This document shows, one piece after another, positions 36,080 to 46,328 of a DNA stretch of 64,000 nt. A program made the position numbers and the translations under genes. The first letter of the stretch is position 1; every line of letters begins with the position of its first letter. Below the pieces are notes generated by a model. The model was not told the origin of the DNA and did no database searches. It saw only the letters and a list, made by a program, of their open reading frames with translations. Source of the stretch: Deltaproteobacteria bacterium CG_4_9_14_3_um_filter_63_12 (GTDB taxonomy: Bacteria; Myxococcota_A; Bradymonadia; UBA4248; UM-FILTER-63-12); NCBI GenBank assembly GCA_002789955.1, contig PFUG01000212.1:357-64356 (forward strand). Direction: 5' to 3'.

Positions 36080-36547
36080 GTGAGCCGTCGACTGCACTGT
36101 GATTACAAGGGTTTCCTGCTCATCCTCGGCGCGTTCTTGACGCTGCTGGTGCTGCCCTCTCTTGCGGCCGCTGATGAGGCTCAGGGATATCGAGAGCAGA
36201 TCAGCCAGTACAACCAGAAGGTCGTCAAGCTGCGGGCCAGCGAGAACGCCGCCCAAATGACCGCCGACTTGAACCAGACCCAGAGCTGGCTCGACGAGGC
36301 GCTCGTTCAGGTCGGCAAAGAGGAATACAACGCTGTGAAAGCGCTCCTGCGGCGTGCCGAGGTCCAGCTGGATTACATCGAGATGGAGCTCGAGCTCTCT
36401 CAAATGAAGGCGAAAGCTGACGCCAAAGAGGCGGAGTTCATGGAGGTGCAGACCCGCGCCGGGCAGCTCTCCAACGAGCTCGACGAGCTCACGGCCAAGG
36501 AAGCGCTTCTCCAGAACCAAGTCAGCGGCAAAGCAAACGGCAAGTGA
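36080..36547 (+). CDS. Secreted coiled-coil protein, DUF4398-like (OmpA-associated)
   Basis: GTG start 5 nt after AGGAGG. Signal peptide FLLILGAFLTLLVLPSLAA. Helical, lysine- and glutamate-rich mature region whose N-terminal part resembles that of the downstream OmpA lipoprotein. Confidence 0.6.
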   Translation: MSRRLHCDYKGFLLILGAFLTLLVLPSLAAADEAQGYREQISQYNQKVVKLRASENAAQMTADLNQTQSWLDEALVQVGKEEYNAVKALLRRAEVQLDYIEMELELSQMKAKADAKEAEFMEVQTRAGQLSNELDELTAKEALLQNQVSGKANGK

Positions 36548-36656
36548 CCTCTTCTGCTGGCCACGACCGATGGGCACCACCGGCCCAGGGTTGACCGCTG
36601 AGCGAGAGCGCTTGTCTCTGTAAACTTATCGCCAATTCGAATCGGAGCGAGAGATC

Positions 36657-37793
36657 ATGGCACAACAACGAACCCTGCTGGCCGCGGCCCCCCAATGGTC
36701 GCTGGCACTTCTGATGGTGCTCACCGCTGCCCTCGTCGCCTGCGGCCCTCCCCCCAAGCCCGCTGAGCTCCAAGAGCTCGAGAAGATGAGAAATGATTCC
36801 TTCACGGCGCAGATCAACACCGCTGCACCAAAACTCCTCGAGCAGGCAGACAAGTTTCACAAAATGGCCGTCACCGCTTGGCAAGAAGGCGATGCGCCGC
36901 GAGCCGCTGACTATGCCTGGCTCGGACAGCTTCGCTACAAGACCGCCAAGAGCAAGGCCAAATCGCTCGACGAGCAGGCTCGCTACGACGAGGCGGCGGC
37001 AAAAGTGACCAAGGCCAACCAAGAGGTCGAGGTCAACAAGCTCAAGATCGACGGCCTCAACAAGAGCATCGCGCAGCTCGAGCAGACTGTCGCGGCCTAC
37101 GATCAAAATGCCTCCATGAAGCGCCAGTCGACCGTCGACCAAGTCCTGCTCACCGCCGAAGGCGAACGAGAAAAGGCCAAAGCCGTCAACGCCGCAGAGC
37201 TCGCCGCTGGCAAGTGGAACTTCGCCGAGAACGTGATGAAGTTGACCCAAGAACATCTGACCGCTGGCCGCGTCGACGAGGCGCTCAAGTCCGCTGAAGA
37301 GGCCAAGGTCGCCTATATGGAAGCCTACGCCGTCGCCAAACCCGAGTTCGACAAGGCCTCAGCGTCCGCCACTCGCGCCGAACGAGAGAAGGCCCTCTAC
37401 GTCGCGGCGTCATCGGCCTTCTCCGTCGATGCCCTGCAAGACCAGCGCGGCGTCGTCGTCGTGATGCCCAGGGTATTCGACCTGAACAAGACCACGGTGT
37501 TGGAGGGCAAGGCCTTCATGCTCGACGCGGCCGTCAAGATCGCCACCGACTTCCCCGAGACGACGGTCATGATCGAGGGATATACCCAGAGCAAAGGCAG
37601 CGACAGTAAGAACCTGACCATCAGCCAGAGTCGCGCCGACTCAGTTCGCGACTACCTCGTCCAGAAGGGCGTGGATCCGAAACGCTGTGTCTCCTCTGGC
37701 TACGGCGAAGAAAAGCCGCGCTACGACAACAGCTCCAAAGACGACCGCGGCAAGAACGACCGTGTCGAGGTCGTCTTCGTCATGACGAAATGA
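36657..37793 (+). CDS. OmpA/MotB-family peptidoglycan-binding lipoprotein with N-terminal coiled-coil (DUF4398-like) domain
   Basis: Lipobox ALVAC. The C-terminal OmpA-like domain reads TVMIEGYTQSKGSDSKNLTISQSRADSVRDYLVQKGV..RVEVVF. Confidence 0.85.
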   Translation: MAQQRTLLAAAPQWSLALLMVLTAALVACGPPPKPAELQELEKMRNDSFTAQINTAAPKLLEQADKFHKMAVTAWQEGDAPRAADYAWLGQLRYKTAKSKAKSLDEQARYDEAAAKVTKANQEVEVNKLKIDGLNKSIAQLEQTVAAYDQNASMKRQSTVDQVLLTAEGEREKAKAVNAAELAAGKWNFAENVMKLTQEHLTAGRVDEALKSAEEAKVAYMEAYAVAKPEFDKASASATRAEREKALYVAASSAFSVDALQDQRGVVVVMPRVFDLNKTTVLEGKAFMLDAAVKIATDFPETTVMIEGYTQSKGSDSKNLTISQSRADSVRDYLVQKGVDPKRCVSSGYGEEKPRYDNSSKDDRGKNDRVEVVFVMTK

Positions 37794-38027
37794 CCTTCGC
37801 GCTTGGGTGGCCGGGACCCAACCCTGTGAGCTTGCTTCCTACGATGTGGCAAACGGCTCACGGCGTTGGGCCTCGTGGTCTCAGGCGAAGGTTCTTGCTC
37901 GCCCAGAAAGCCCGTTGTTCAGGTCGACTTCGTGGTCAACAGCCGGGTCGGTTGAGGCCGGGCGGGGCGTGGCATACGTCGTGCACCGGGCCTCCGGCAA
38001 CGCGACCCCCGCGAAGGAGAACTCAAG

Positions 38028-38684
38028 ATGGTCAGTTTGTTCGAGCGTCGCTCGCTTCCCGGCACTGAGATGCTCCGGGCCGAACGACGAAGGGTCTGGC
38101 AGGGTCGTGCGATCGCCCTCGCCCTGCTCGTCGTCTCGTCCGCAATCACCACCTCGGCCGCCGCCCAAGGAACGCACTTCATTGCCGAGGGCACATTCGG
38201 CGTCAGCATGCCGCTCGGCATCGAGACCGACCAGGTTGGAATGTCCATCGGGGCGACCGCAGGGTTCGGCGGCAAAGTCCCTGGTTCCTTGCTGCGGATG
38301 TATGCCCTCGCTCAGTTCAACGGCTCCCAATTCAGCATCCTGCGCGAGGACCTCGCTCTCGAGCGAACCCTCATGGAGCTGTCGGGCGGTGGCCGTGTGC
38401 TCTTTCCATTGACCAGCAATCTGCGCCTCTACGCCGACGCTCTGCTGGGGCTGAGTTGGCTGACGAGCGAAGAGCGTTCGATGAGCGGACGACCAGTCTT
38501 TGTCGAGGACGTGGAGCCTCGGATGTCGTTCACGAGCGCTCTAGGGATACAATTTCGGCCGCTGATTTTCCTGTCTGTCGGCGCCAAGACGAGCTTCCTC
38601 TTTCTCTTGGACGACTCCTATCTGCCGGCCGAAGACATCAGCGGCTGTCTGAACATTCTCGGCAGCGTGACGCTCCATTTTTGA
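38028..38684 (+). CDS. Small outer-membrane beta-barrel protein
   Basis: AAGGAG RBS. Signal peptide ending AAAQG. Alternating amphipathic beta-strands. C-terminal residue is F, as in OMP sorting signals. Confidence 0.65.
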   Translation: MVSLFERRSLPGTEMLRAERRRVWQGRAIALALLVVSSAITTSAAAQGTHFIAEGTFGVSMPLGIETDQVGMSIGATAGFGGKVPGSLLRMYALAQFNGSQFSILREDLALERTLMELSGGGRVLFPLTSNLRLYADALLGLSWLTSEERSMSGRPVFVEDVEPRMSFTSALGIQFRPLIFLSVGAKTSFLFLLDDSYLPAEDISGCLNILGSVTLHF

Positions 38685-38785
38685 GTGTCGCGTGACTGCT
38701 CGGTCAGAAAACCGGGATGGCGAGGCTGCAATCGTTTCGAGAGCCGGGAATCCCTTTGTGCGGGCGGTCGAGCGGCCGGGTTGGG

Positions 38786-38814
38786 TTGACAGATTGTTTG
38801 CGCCGGGATAGCAT
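38786..38814 (+). promoter_or_regulatory. Near-consensus sigma-70-type promoter TTGACA-17 nt-TAGCAT
   Basis: Perfect -35 hexamer, 17-nt spacer and 4/6 match at -10. About 120 bp upstream of the first gene of the TPR cluster. Confidence 0.4.
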
Positions 38815-38936
38815 CGCGGCCAGCGAGCTGGGGTCTAAACCCAATCTTTATCGACGTTTGCGGGACAACGAGCCCAGCCAAAGGGGCGAATTGGACCGAC
38901 GTCCGGCCGGATTTCGTTCTCACTAGGGGAAAGCAG

Positions 38937-40685
38937 ATGACCGTCGAAAATACTTTTTGGGGGCCCGTTCGCCTCGTACTGGCCGCACTGGTCGCGCTGA
39001 CGTTCCCCGCTCAGGCGTGGGGGCAGGACTTCGACTTCAGCGAAGGAGGCGAAGGCGGCGGGGGCGACATGGACTTCAGCGACGGCGGCGACGGCGGCGA
39101 CAGTGGCGGCGGTGACATGGACTTTGGCGGCGAAACGCAGCCGCTGGTTCAGTACACGGTCGACGAGACGTCCCCGACGTTCAAGACCATGAGCGAGGCC
39201 GACAGCTACAGCAAACAGAACCAGAACTACCAGGCGAGTCTGCTTTATTATCAGGTGCTTCAGGCCACTGATGACACGGCAAAGGCGCTGCGCAGCCGAA
39301 CTCACTATGAGCTTGGTCGCACCCTGTTCCAGCTCGGGCTCTACCAGTCGGCGTTGACGCAGTTCGACAAGATTCTCCAGGAGGGGCCTGCCAGCGAATT
39401 TTTCATGCCGACTCTCCAGTGGTTGGTTTTGATCGCCCGCGAGCTTCCGGGAGACCCGGCGAAGGCGTCCCGCATCTACGACAACTACCTGAACATGTTC
39501 CCCGATCAGATCGAGCCATCATTGCTGGCTGAGGTGGGGTTGCTCATGGGGCAGGCCGCCTACTCGAATGGGTTGCTCAACGACGCCATCTTCTTCCTCG
39601 GGCATGTGGACGAGAACAGTGAACTCTACCCGAAAGCTCGCTTCATCGAGGGCGTAACCTTTGTCCGTCAGTATGATGGCAAGCAAGCCGTCGAAAGCTT
39701 CAAGCACATCCTTCGCTGGGTCAAAGCGCAGCCGAACCCGACCCCAGACAACCTGCGCATGGAGGAGAAAGCGATCGCGTCTTTGGGGCGCGTCTTCTAC
39801 CAGGTCGGACACAACCTCTGGGTGGACGGGGAACGGCCCAAGGCCGTGAGCAGCTGGAACACCGCCATCAAGTACTACGCGCTATTCGACCAATCGAGTG
39901 AGATCTGGCTCGATTCCCTTTTTGAGGCGAGTTGGACGTACTATCGCGTTGACAACTTCAACAAGTCGCTGGGTCTCCTCCACACGTTGAACAGCCCGTT
40001 CTTTAACGACGAGTACTATCCCGAGGCGATGCTGTTGCAGGCGCAGATCTACTTCACGAACTGCCACTACGACCGCGTCATGTACATCCTCGAAGAGTTC
40101 AAGGAGCTCTATCCGCCGCTGAAAGAGCGGCTGGAGAGCCAGCTGACCAATCTGATCCAGCCGGAAGATGTGTTCAAGTTCCTGTTGGAGCTCAGGGAGG
40201 GGACGGGCGAGTTCGATCCGACGACCAAGCAGGTGGTGAACGCCGCTCTTCAGGACCGTGAGCTGAGTCGGATGCTTGCTTATATCGATATGTTGGACGC
40301 GGAGATCGCGCAGATCAAGAACGCTGAGAAGGGATGGTCCAGCCATCCTTTGGCGAAGTCCTTGATTCAGGATATCGAGTTTACGAGGGAGTTCGCGTCA
40401 GCGACCGCAGGCAACATGGCCAAGTCGAGGCTGGAGCGTGTCGTCGACGAGCTGAGCGACCTGATCAACAAGAGCCTGGACATCGAGATCGAGACGACTG
40501 AGAAGTTCGCGGGAATGGCCGAGCAGTTGGGAGCCGATCCGGCGAGTCGCCAGGAGTTCGAGAAAGAAATCAACCAGATGATGGCGGCGGACGACGAGCA
40601 TCTGTTTTGGACCTTTGGGGGCGAATATTGGCGAGATGAGCTCGGGTACTACTGGTACTATTTGACGTCTCGTTGTGGGCGCTGA
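38937..40685 (+). CDS. Secreted TPR-repeat protein with N-terminal acidic (D/G/F) repeat
   Basis: Signal peptide LVLAALVALTFPAQAWG. The DFDFSEGGEGGGGDMDFSDGGDGGDSGGGDMDFGGE repeat is followed by TPR-like helices. Confidence 0.8.
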   Translation: MTVENTFWGPVRLVLAALVALTFPAQAWGQDFDFSEGGEGGGGDMDFSDGGDGGDSGGGDMDFGGETQPLVQYTVDETSPTFKTMSEADSYSKQNQNYQASLLYYQVLQATDDTAKALRSRTHYELGRTLFQLGLYQSALTQFDKILQEGPASEFFMPTLQWLVLIARELPGDPAKASRIYDNYLNMFPDQIEPSLLAEVGLLMGQAAYSNGLLNDAIFFLGHVDENSELYPKARFIEGVTFVRQYDGKQAVESFKHILRWVKAQPNPTPDNLRMEEKAIASLGRVFYQVGHNLWVDGERPKAVSSWNTAIKYYALFDQSSEIWLDSLFEASWTYYRVDNFNKSLGLLHTLNSPFFNDEYYPEAMLLQAQIYFTNCHYDRVMYILEEFKELYPPLKERLESQLTNLIQPEDVFKFLLELREGTGEFDPTTKQVVNAALQDRELSRMLAYIDMLDAEIAQIKNAEKGWSSHPLAKSLIQDIEFTREFASATAGNMAKSRLERVVDELSDLINKSLDIEIETTEKFAGMAEQLGADPASRQEFEKEINQMMAADDEHLFWTFGGEYWRDELGYYWYYLTSRCGR

Positions 40686-40723
40686 ACGACGGCATGCAAG
40701 AAGAGAAATCTGGAGTGAGTTCT

Positions 40724-43700
40724 ATGTTTAAGTCAGGTCAGCTGTCCCTCGCATCGCTGAGGGGTGTTTGGGTTATTCTCGCCGTGCTCGCGCTCTACCC
40801 GGTTGCGGGTTGGTCTCAGGGGAACCCCTTCGACGGCGAGGACGCCCAGAAGGAAGAGGCTGCAGTCGAGCAGTTCGAGCGCAAGAAGGTCGAGCGCCCC
40901 GACATCAGCGAGGAAGAAGGCAAAGGCCCGAAGCTCGAACGTGAGTCGAACATCAAAGGGTGGGAGCGCTCCAAGCTGCAATATCAAGACAAGGCCATCC
41001 GCTTGATGGAAGAGCGTGTCGAGAAGGCAGATGAAGACGACCCTGACTATCCCCTCTACCTCGAACGTCTCTCGGAGATGTACTGGCAGAAGGCGCGGTT
41101 CCACGACCTCAGGGCGTTCGACCGTTTGACGGAGTCTCGCGAAGCCGAGGACGCAGGCAATGCCTCGAAAGCCGCCGAGCTGGTGCGAGGCCAAGAGGAA
41201 GACGAGAAGACCGCTCAGGAGTATCGCGAGAAGACCATCGCGACGTACGCCCGCATCATCAAGGAGTTTCCGCTTTACGACAACTCCGACAAGGTGCTCT
41301 TCTACCTCGCCTTCAACCTCGGCGAAATGGGCCGGGCCGAGGATGCCAATGGATTCTACAAAGACCTGGTTCGCGACTACCCGAACACGGACTATCTGGC
41401 TGAGGCCTACCTCGGACTGGCCGAGTATTCCTACCTCTACGACGACATAGACCTTTCGCTCTCCCAGTATGAGTCGGCCATTGCGGCGGCTCCCGACTCC
41501 CAGACCGCTGGTTACGCGATGTACAAGATGGGCTGGTGCTATTTCAACCGCGGCGAGCCGAAGAAAGCCCTGGCTCAGTTCGAGTCCGTCGTGGCCTACA
41601 GTGAGTCGCATACCGGGCGCATCGAGCTGCGCAAGGAGGCCGTAAAGGACCTCGTCAAGGCGTACAGCCTGTGGACCGAGGCGAGCCCGAAGAAGGCCAA
41701 GGGTTACCTCGGCAAGTTTTCCAGCGGGGATGAGGAGCTGCGAGAGATGCTCGAGCGCCTGGCGCGGCTCTATCAAGAGGATGGCGAGGTCGACAAGTCG
41801 ATTTTCGTCTACAACGAGCTGATCAAAGACAACTCGACCAACTTTCGGATCGTCGGCTACCAAACCGAGATCATGCTCAACGTCGAGACCAAGAACGTCC
41901 CAGACCAGACCGCTGAGGAGGTTATCCGCACAGTGCGGCTGTTCAATGCAGCGCGAGAGCAGAAGCTCGAGGGCGCAACAGAAGAGGCGGTCAAGGAAGC
42001 GTACGCACTCCTGGAGGAGTACACGCGTGAGACCGCCAAGTGGTACCACCTGACCGCTCAAACGACGAAAAATCCCCTGTACTACGCGCTCTCGTACGAG
42101 ATCTACAAGGCCTACGTGGACAACTTCCCGGAGGCTCAAGACAACTACGAGATGATGTATTACTACGGCGAATTGCTCTACTGGAAGAAGAACTACGCCG
42201 AGGCGGCCAAGCGCTACGACCAAGTCTTGGCCATTGATGCCGCGGGGAAATTCAGCCGCGACGCCGCCTACGGTGCGGTGTTGTCGTACAACAAGGTCTC
42301 AGAGACTCCGACCGCGGAGTGCCCGCCGATTCCAGTGGTTCCGGAGCCGAAGAAGGGGGAAGAGCCGACTTTCCCCGAGCTCACGATCGCAGACTGCCGG
42401 GTGAAGCTCATCGCGGCGTGTGGACGTTATGCCGAGGTCGTGCCGGACGGTGAACACATCGTCGACATCAAGTACACCGCAGCTCGGATCTACTACGACC
42501 ACAATCAGTTCGGGCCCGCGGTAAAGGCCTTCGAGGACATCGCGATGAACCATTCGGAGAACCGTTTGGGCATCATCTCCGCGAACCTTCTGCTCGACTC
42601 ATTGGGCATCGAAAAGGACTACAAGCAGATGTGGGAGTGGGTCCTGAAGTTCCGCGCCAACGAGCAACTCAATCGGCCGCCACTCGACGACATCCTTGAG
42701 ACACTGGAAACCGAGCTCGCTTTCAAGTTCTGCATCGACAAAGAGACCGAGAAGCTGTGGAAAGAGTCCGCGATGTGTTTCGAGGAATACGCAGGAAAGT
42801 ACGCGACCGCCTCCTACGCACCCAAGGCTTTGTGGAATGCGAGCGTCGATTGGGAGAACGCCTCTGAAGTCGGTAAGGCCATCGAGACCCGCATCCGCCT
42901 CCTTAAAGAGCACGGCGACGACGACTACCTCGCCCCGAAGGCGCTCTACGCGATCGGCCAGAACTTCCACGGCATCGCGGTGTATTCGGAGGCAGCTCGG
43001 TTCTACGAGATGTTTGTCGACAAATACCCCAAGAACGACACCGCCTGCGCACCGGACGGTGAGTCCTCGGAGAATGTCTGCTCCATGTCCGCGCTGCAGA
43101 ACGCCGCGGCGTTCAGAGGCGGCTTGGGTCAATACGAGAAGGCCGTCGAAGACTACGACCGATATATCGTGATGTTCCCCAATGACAAGGCGCAGATCTC
43201 GCTGCTCAAGTTCAACACCGGTCGAATCTATTTTGACCAAGGGCTCTACGAAAAAGCCATCGAGCGCTACAACGAGTATCTGAGCCGTTACGCGAAACTG
43301 GGACCAGAGGGACGAAAGGTCGCCGCGATGACCGCCATCGGTCGCTGCTACTGGAAAAACAAAGATCGTCACGCCGGACTGAAGTCCTTCGAGAAAGCCG
43401 AGAAACTCTACGACAGCAAGCCCTTCCAGAAGTGGTTGGCTGGCGCGGATCCCGAAGCGGTCAAAGAGGCAAACGACGCCGCAGCGGAGGCTCGGTTCAT
43501 GCGCGGCGAAGGGATCTTCTTCGAGGCGCTGGCCATCCGCCTCTCGGACGAGACCATCGAGAGCGCGACGAAGTCTGGCAATTTTCTGAAGAGGCAGCTG
43601 ACAAAGAAGGCCGCGCTGATGCAAGAAGCCAAGCCCATCTACGTCGAGGTCATCACCAGGTTCAACAACCCCAAGTGGGGTCTTGCGGCGATGTGTCGCC

Positions 43701-44140
43701 TCGGGATGATGTATCACGACGTGGCCGACCAGATTCAGAACGCTCCAATCCCAAAGGAGCTCGACGAAGACCAGTCGCTCATCTACGAGGATCTGCTGTT
43801 GGAGTTCGCCGACCGTTTCGAGACCGAGGCGATCGGGTACTACATCACGGCAGTAGAGAAGGCCGCCGACTTGGGCTGGTTCAGCACCTACACGACGTTG
43901 GCGCAGAGGCGACTCTTCGACCTGCGGCCAGAAGAGTACCGGTCGGCTTCCGAGATCAAGGCGCAGCCGGACCGAGCCTCCGTCACCTGGCACAAGTCCA
44001 AGCTCTATGTGGATGTTGAAGCTGCAGCAGGTCGCAAGGCCAAGAAGAAGCGCGGCGCAATCGATCTCCAATCCAACGAGATGGAGAAGGTCAAGGGCGA
44101 AGGGGACGTTGACCCAGAGGGTGTCAAAGCCCCTGAGTGA
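40724..44140 (+). CDS. Periplasmic TPR-repeat protein, 1138 aa (AgmU/GltD-like by size, TPR content and position)
   Basis: Signal peptide MFKSGQLSLASLRGVWVILAVLALYPVAGWSQG. TPR repeats throughout. GGAG RBS. The ORF track starts at an upstream TTG at 40673. Confidence 0.8.
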   Translation: MFKSGQLSLASLRGVWVILAVLALYPVAGWSQGNPFDGEDAQKEEAAVEQFERKKVERPDISEEEGKGPKLERESNIKGWERSKLQYQDKAIRLMEERVEKADEDDPDYPLYLERLSEMYWQKARFHDLRAFDRLTESREAEDAGNASKAAELVRGQEEDEKTAQEYREKTIATYARIIKEFPLYDNSDKVLFYLAFNLGEMGRAEDANGFYKDLVRDYPNTDYLAEAYLGLAEYSYLYDDIDLSLSQYESAIAAAPDSQTAGYAMYKMGWCYFNRGEPKKALAQFESVVAYSESHTGRIELRKEAVKDLVKAYSLWTEASPKKAKGYLGKFSSGDEELREMLERLARLYQEDGEVDKSIFVYNELIKDNSTNFRIVGYQTEIMLNVETKNVPDQTAEEVIRTVRLFNAAREQKLEGATEEAVKEAYALLEEYTRETAKWYHLTAQTTKNPLYYALSYEIYKAYVDNFPEAQDNYEMMYYYGELLYWKKNYAEAAKRYDQVLAIDAAGKFSRDAAYGAVLSYNKVSETPTAECPPIPVVPEPKKGEEPTFPELTIADCRVKLIAACGRYAEVVPDGEHIVDIKYTAARIYYDHNQFGPAVKAFEDIAMNHSENRLGIISANLLLDSLGIEKDYKQMWEWVLKFRANEQLNRPPLDDILETLETELAFKFCIDKETEKLWKESAMCFEEYAGKYATASYAPKALWNASVDWENASEVGKAIETRIRLLKEHGDDDYLAPKALYAIGQNFHGIAVYSEAARFYEMFVDKYPKNDTACAPDGESSENVCSMSALQNAAAFRGGLGQYEKAVEDYDRYIVMFPNDKAQISLLKFNTGRIYFDQGLYEKAIERYNEYLSRYAKLGPEGRKVAAMTAIGRCYWKNKDRHAGLKSFEKAEKLYDSKPFQKWLAGADPEAVKEANDAAAEARFMRGEGIFFEALAIRLSDETIESATKSGNFLKRQLTKKAALMQEAKPIYVEVITRFNNPKWGLAAMCRLGMMYHDVADQIQNAPIPKELDEDQSLIYEDLLLEFADRFETEAIGYYITAVEKAADLGWFSTYTTLAQRRLFDLRPEEYRSASEIKAQPDRASVTWHKSKLYVDVEAAAGRKAKKKRGAIDLQSNEMEKVKGEGDVDPEGVKAPE

Positions 44141-44207
44141 GCGCGAACCGGTGTCGCAATCCAACGGGCTCGACGGGCTATGCCCGAGATTTGAAAGAGG
44201 TAATGAA

Positions 44208-45737
44208 ATGAGTGTCGTGCGCCTCCCCTTCATCCTGATAGTGCTCTCCATGCTGGCCATAGCATGCGGCCCGCCCAGTGGGCCGGAAAATCCCCTCGAC
44301 AAAGACGGGGGCAAAGAGTCCCAGCAACTCGTCCGCGAGGAAGCACTGAAGAAGTTCGAAGAGGGCATCGCCATCTTTCGTACGAACCCCGTGAAGGCAA
44401 AACAGCTCTTCGAGGAAGCCGTCGATGAGGATGAGACCTTTGGCGAAGCTTGGTACAACCTGGCGCTCGTCCAAGAGTCGGCGGGCGATATCCCGGGTGC
44501 AATCACCTCCTACGAGAACGCGATCAAGTCGCGCCCAGACATGGCTGAGCCCAACGTCAACCTCGGCGTCATTCTCCTGCAGAAAGGAGAGCGCGAGAAG
44601 GCGAAAGAGCTCTTCATGAAGGTCGTCAACGAGACCAATGGGATCGATCCTTTCAACGTCGAGGCAAACCTCGACCTGGGCATGATCTATCGGCTCGAGG
44701 GCGAGGAGATCGTCGCCAAAGACAACATCGGCAAAGACTTATCGACCCAAATCAACGAAGGCGAGGTCGTCGAGCGTGACATCGTCGTCAGCGACGAGGC
44801 CAAGGTGCGTTTCGCCGAAGCCGTGAAGAACGTTCGCCGAGCCCTCGCCGGTGACTCGAACAACATCACGAGCTACGAGAACCTCGCTGCGATCTATTAC
44901 GATCTCGACAGCCTCGAGGTCGCAACGTTGGTGTGCCAACAGGCTATTCAGAAGGAGATCGACCGCAATGCGGAGCTCGAGGCGCAGCTGGCGGCGAAGC
45001 AGATCACGCAGGCTGAGTTCAACGAGCACGAGATCACTGCCGTACAAATGAGCGCGGTCTACAACACGTTCGGGCTGGTTTGGATGGCTCGCGGTGAGGT
45101 CGCTCTGGCCTACGCGAACTTCAAGACCGCAATGGAGCTCGACCCTGTGTCCACAGAGGCGTTGTTCAACGTCGCTGGAATCGCCGTCAACGTGCAAGAT
45201 TACGCGATGGCCTACCAAACCTACGGTGATATTCTCAAGACCGAGCCCAACAACCGTGAGGCACGCTTGAGCCAAGCCGTTGCCGCACGTGGTTTGGACA
45301 ACCTCGCCGAGGCCGAGCAGGTCTACGATGCGCTGCTCAAGGACGACCCGACCTATTCCCCCGCGACCTTCAACAAGGCGGTTCTGTATCAGGAGTACCA
45401 CCGTGACTTGGTCAAGGCGAAAAGCATTTACGAGGAGTTCATCGCCATGCCGGCCGCAGCCAAGCAAGCCCCTGCATACGTCGCCGAAGCGCAACGCCGG
45501 GTGAAGCAGATCGAGGACATTTGGGAAGCGCAGAAGAAGGCAGAGGAAGAGCAGAAGAAGATCGAGAAAGAGATGAAAGAGCTCGAGGAGCTCCAGAAGC
45601 AGCGGGACAAGGAATACGAAGACGCGGAGAAAGCAGAGAAGGCGGCGGCAGAGGCCGCTGCGGGAGGAGGCGCTGCGAACGGCGAAACCCCTCCCGCTGA
45701 CGGAGAGAAAACACCGGAGACGCCCGCCACACCTTGA
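44208..45737 (+). CDS. TPR-repeat lipoprotein, 509 aa (AglT/GltE-like) with K/E-rich coiled-coil tail
   Basis: Lipobox LSMLAIAC. TPR repeats. C-terminal EEQKKIEKEMKELEELQKQRDKEYEDAEKAEK. AGAGG RBS. Confidence 0.85.
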   Translation: MSVVRLPFILIVLSMLAIACGPPSGPENPLDKDGGKESQQLVREEALKKFEEGIAIFRTNPVKAKQLFEEAVDEDETFGEAWYNLALVQESAGDIPGAITSYENAIKSRPDMAEPNVNLGVILLQKGEREKAKELFMKVVNETNGIDPFNVEANLDLGMIYRLEGEEIVAKDNIGKDLSTQINEGEVVERDIVVSDEAKVRFAEAVKNVRRALAGDSNNITSYENLAAIYYDLDSLEVATLVCQQAIQKEIDRNAELEAQLAAKQITQAEFNEHEITAVQMSAVYNTFGLVWMARGEVALAYANFKTAMELDPVSTEALFNVAGIAVNVQDYAMAYQTYGDILKTEPNNREARLSQAVAARGLDNLAEAEQVYDALLKDDPTYSPATFNKAVLYQEYHRDLVKAKSIYEEFIAMPAAAKQAPAYVAEAQRRVKQIEDIWEAQKKAEEEQKKIEKEMKELEELQKQRDKEYEDAEKAEKAAAEAAAGGGAANGETPPADGEKTPETPATP

Positions 45738-45756
45738 TCGGAGAGGGACGAGTGTC

Positions 45757-45805
45757 AGAGACGCCCTCGCGCTGCAGCAGCACGAGGGCGTTTTGCGTCT
45801 CTCGG
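45757..45805 (+). terminator. Intrinsic terminator (9-bp GC stem ACGCCCTCG/CGAGGGCGT followed by TTTT)
   Basis: GAGACGCCCTCGCGCTGCAGCAGCACGAGGGCGTTTTGCGTCTC, also with outer complementary arms. Confidence 0.5.
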
Positions 45806-45909
45806 TTTCATTCCACTAGTCGGTCGACAGAACTTGGATTATGATGGCCGACGAAGTGAAATCCACTGAGGGTCGCATTCGGCGCGGCCTTGTAGGGAGA
45901 GGTTCTGGA

Positions 45910-46155
45910 ATGAGTACGATCTTCAAGGGTATCGTTGCCATCACATTGACCCTGTCTCTCGGCGGTGTGGCTTGGGCGCAGGACGCTGGCGCCAAAGTGA
46001 AGGAGATCAACTTCGAAGACGACACAATCGAAGGCGAACTCCAGATGCCAAATCAGACGAACATCCGAGGCGATGATATGGGCGACCTGTCGAGCCTAAT
46101 CAAGGCGAGAGAGGACTTTGTCGATGAGATGTTGAAATCCGTCGAAGACCTCTGA
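45910..46155 (+). CDS. Small secreted protein, 81 aa (PglI/GltF-like by size and position)
   Basis: Signal peptide MSTIFKGIVAITLTLSLGGVAWA. Acidic mature peptide. GAGAGG RBS. Confidence 0.55.
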   Translation: MSTIFKGIVAITLTLSLGGVAWAQDAGAKVKEINFEDDTIEGELQMPNQTNIRGDDMGDLSSLIKAREDFVDEMLKSVEDL

Positions 46156-46328
46156 GCCAAGAAGTCAAAAGAATGTCGGACGAGGGAACTTTGTGAAAGG
46201 CTGTGTGTCGAAGATTCAGAACACGGACCCGGCAAGAAGTTCTCGAGTGAGAATGACCGACCTGGCAGGCGATAATGCCAGGCAGATGGGTCCATAGCCC
46301 AGACACCCAAAGGCCGGAGCAGGCAACG

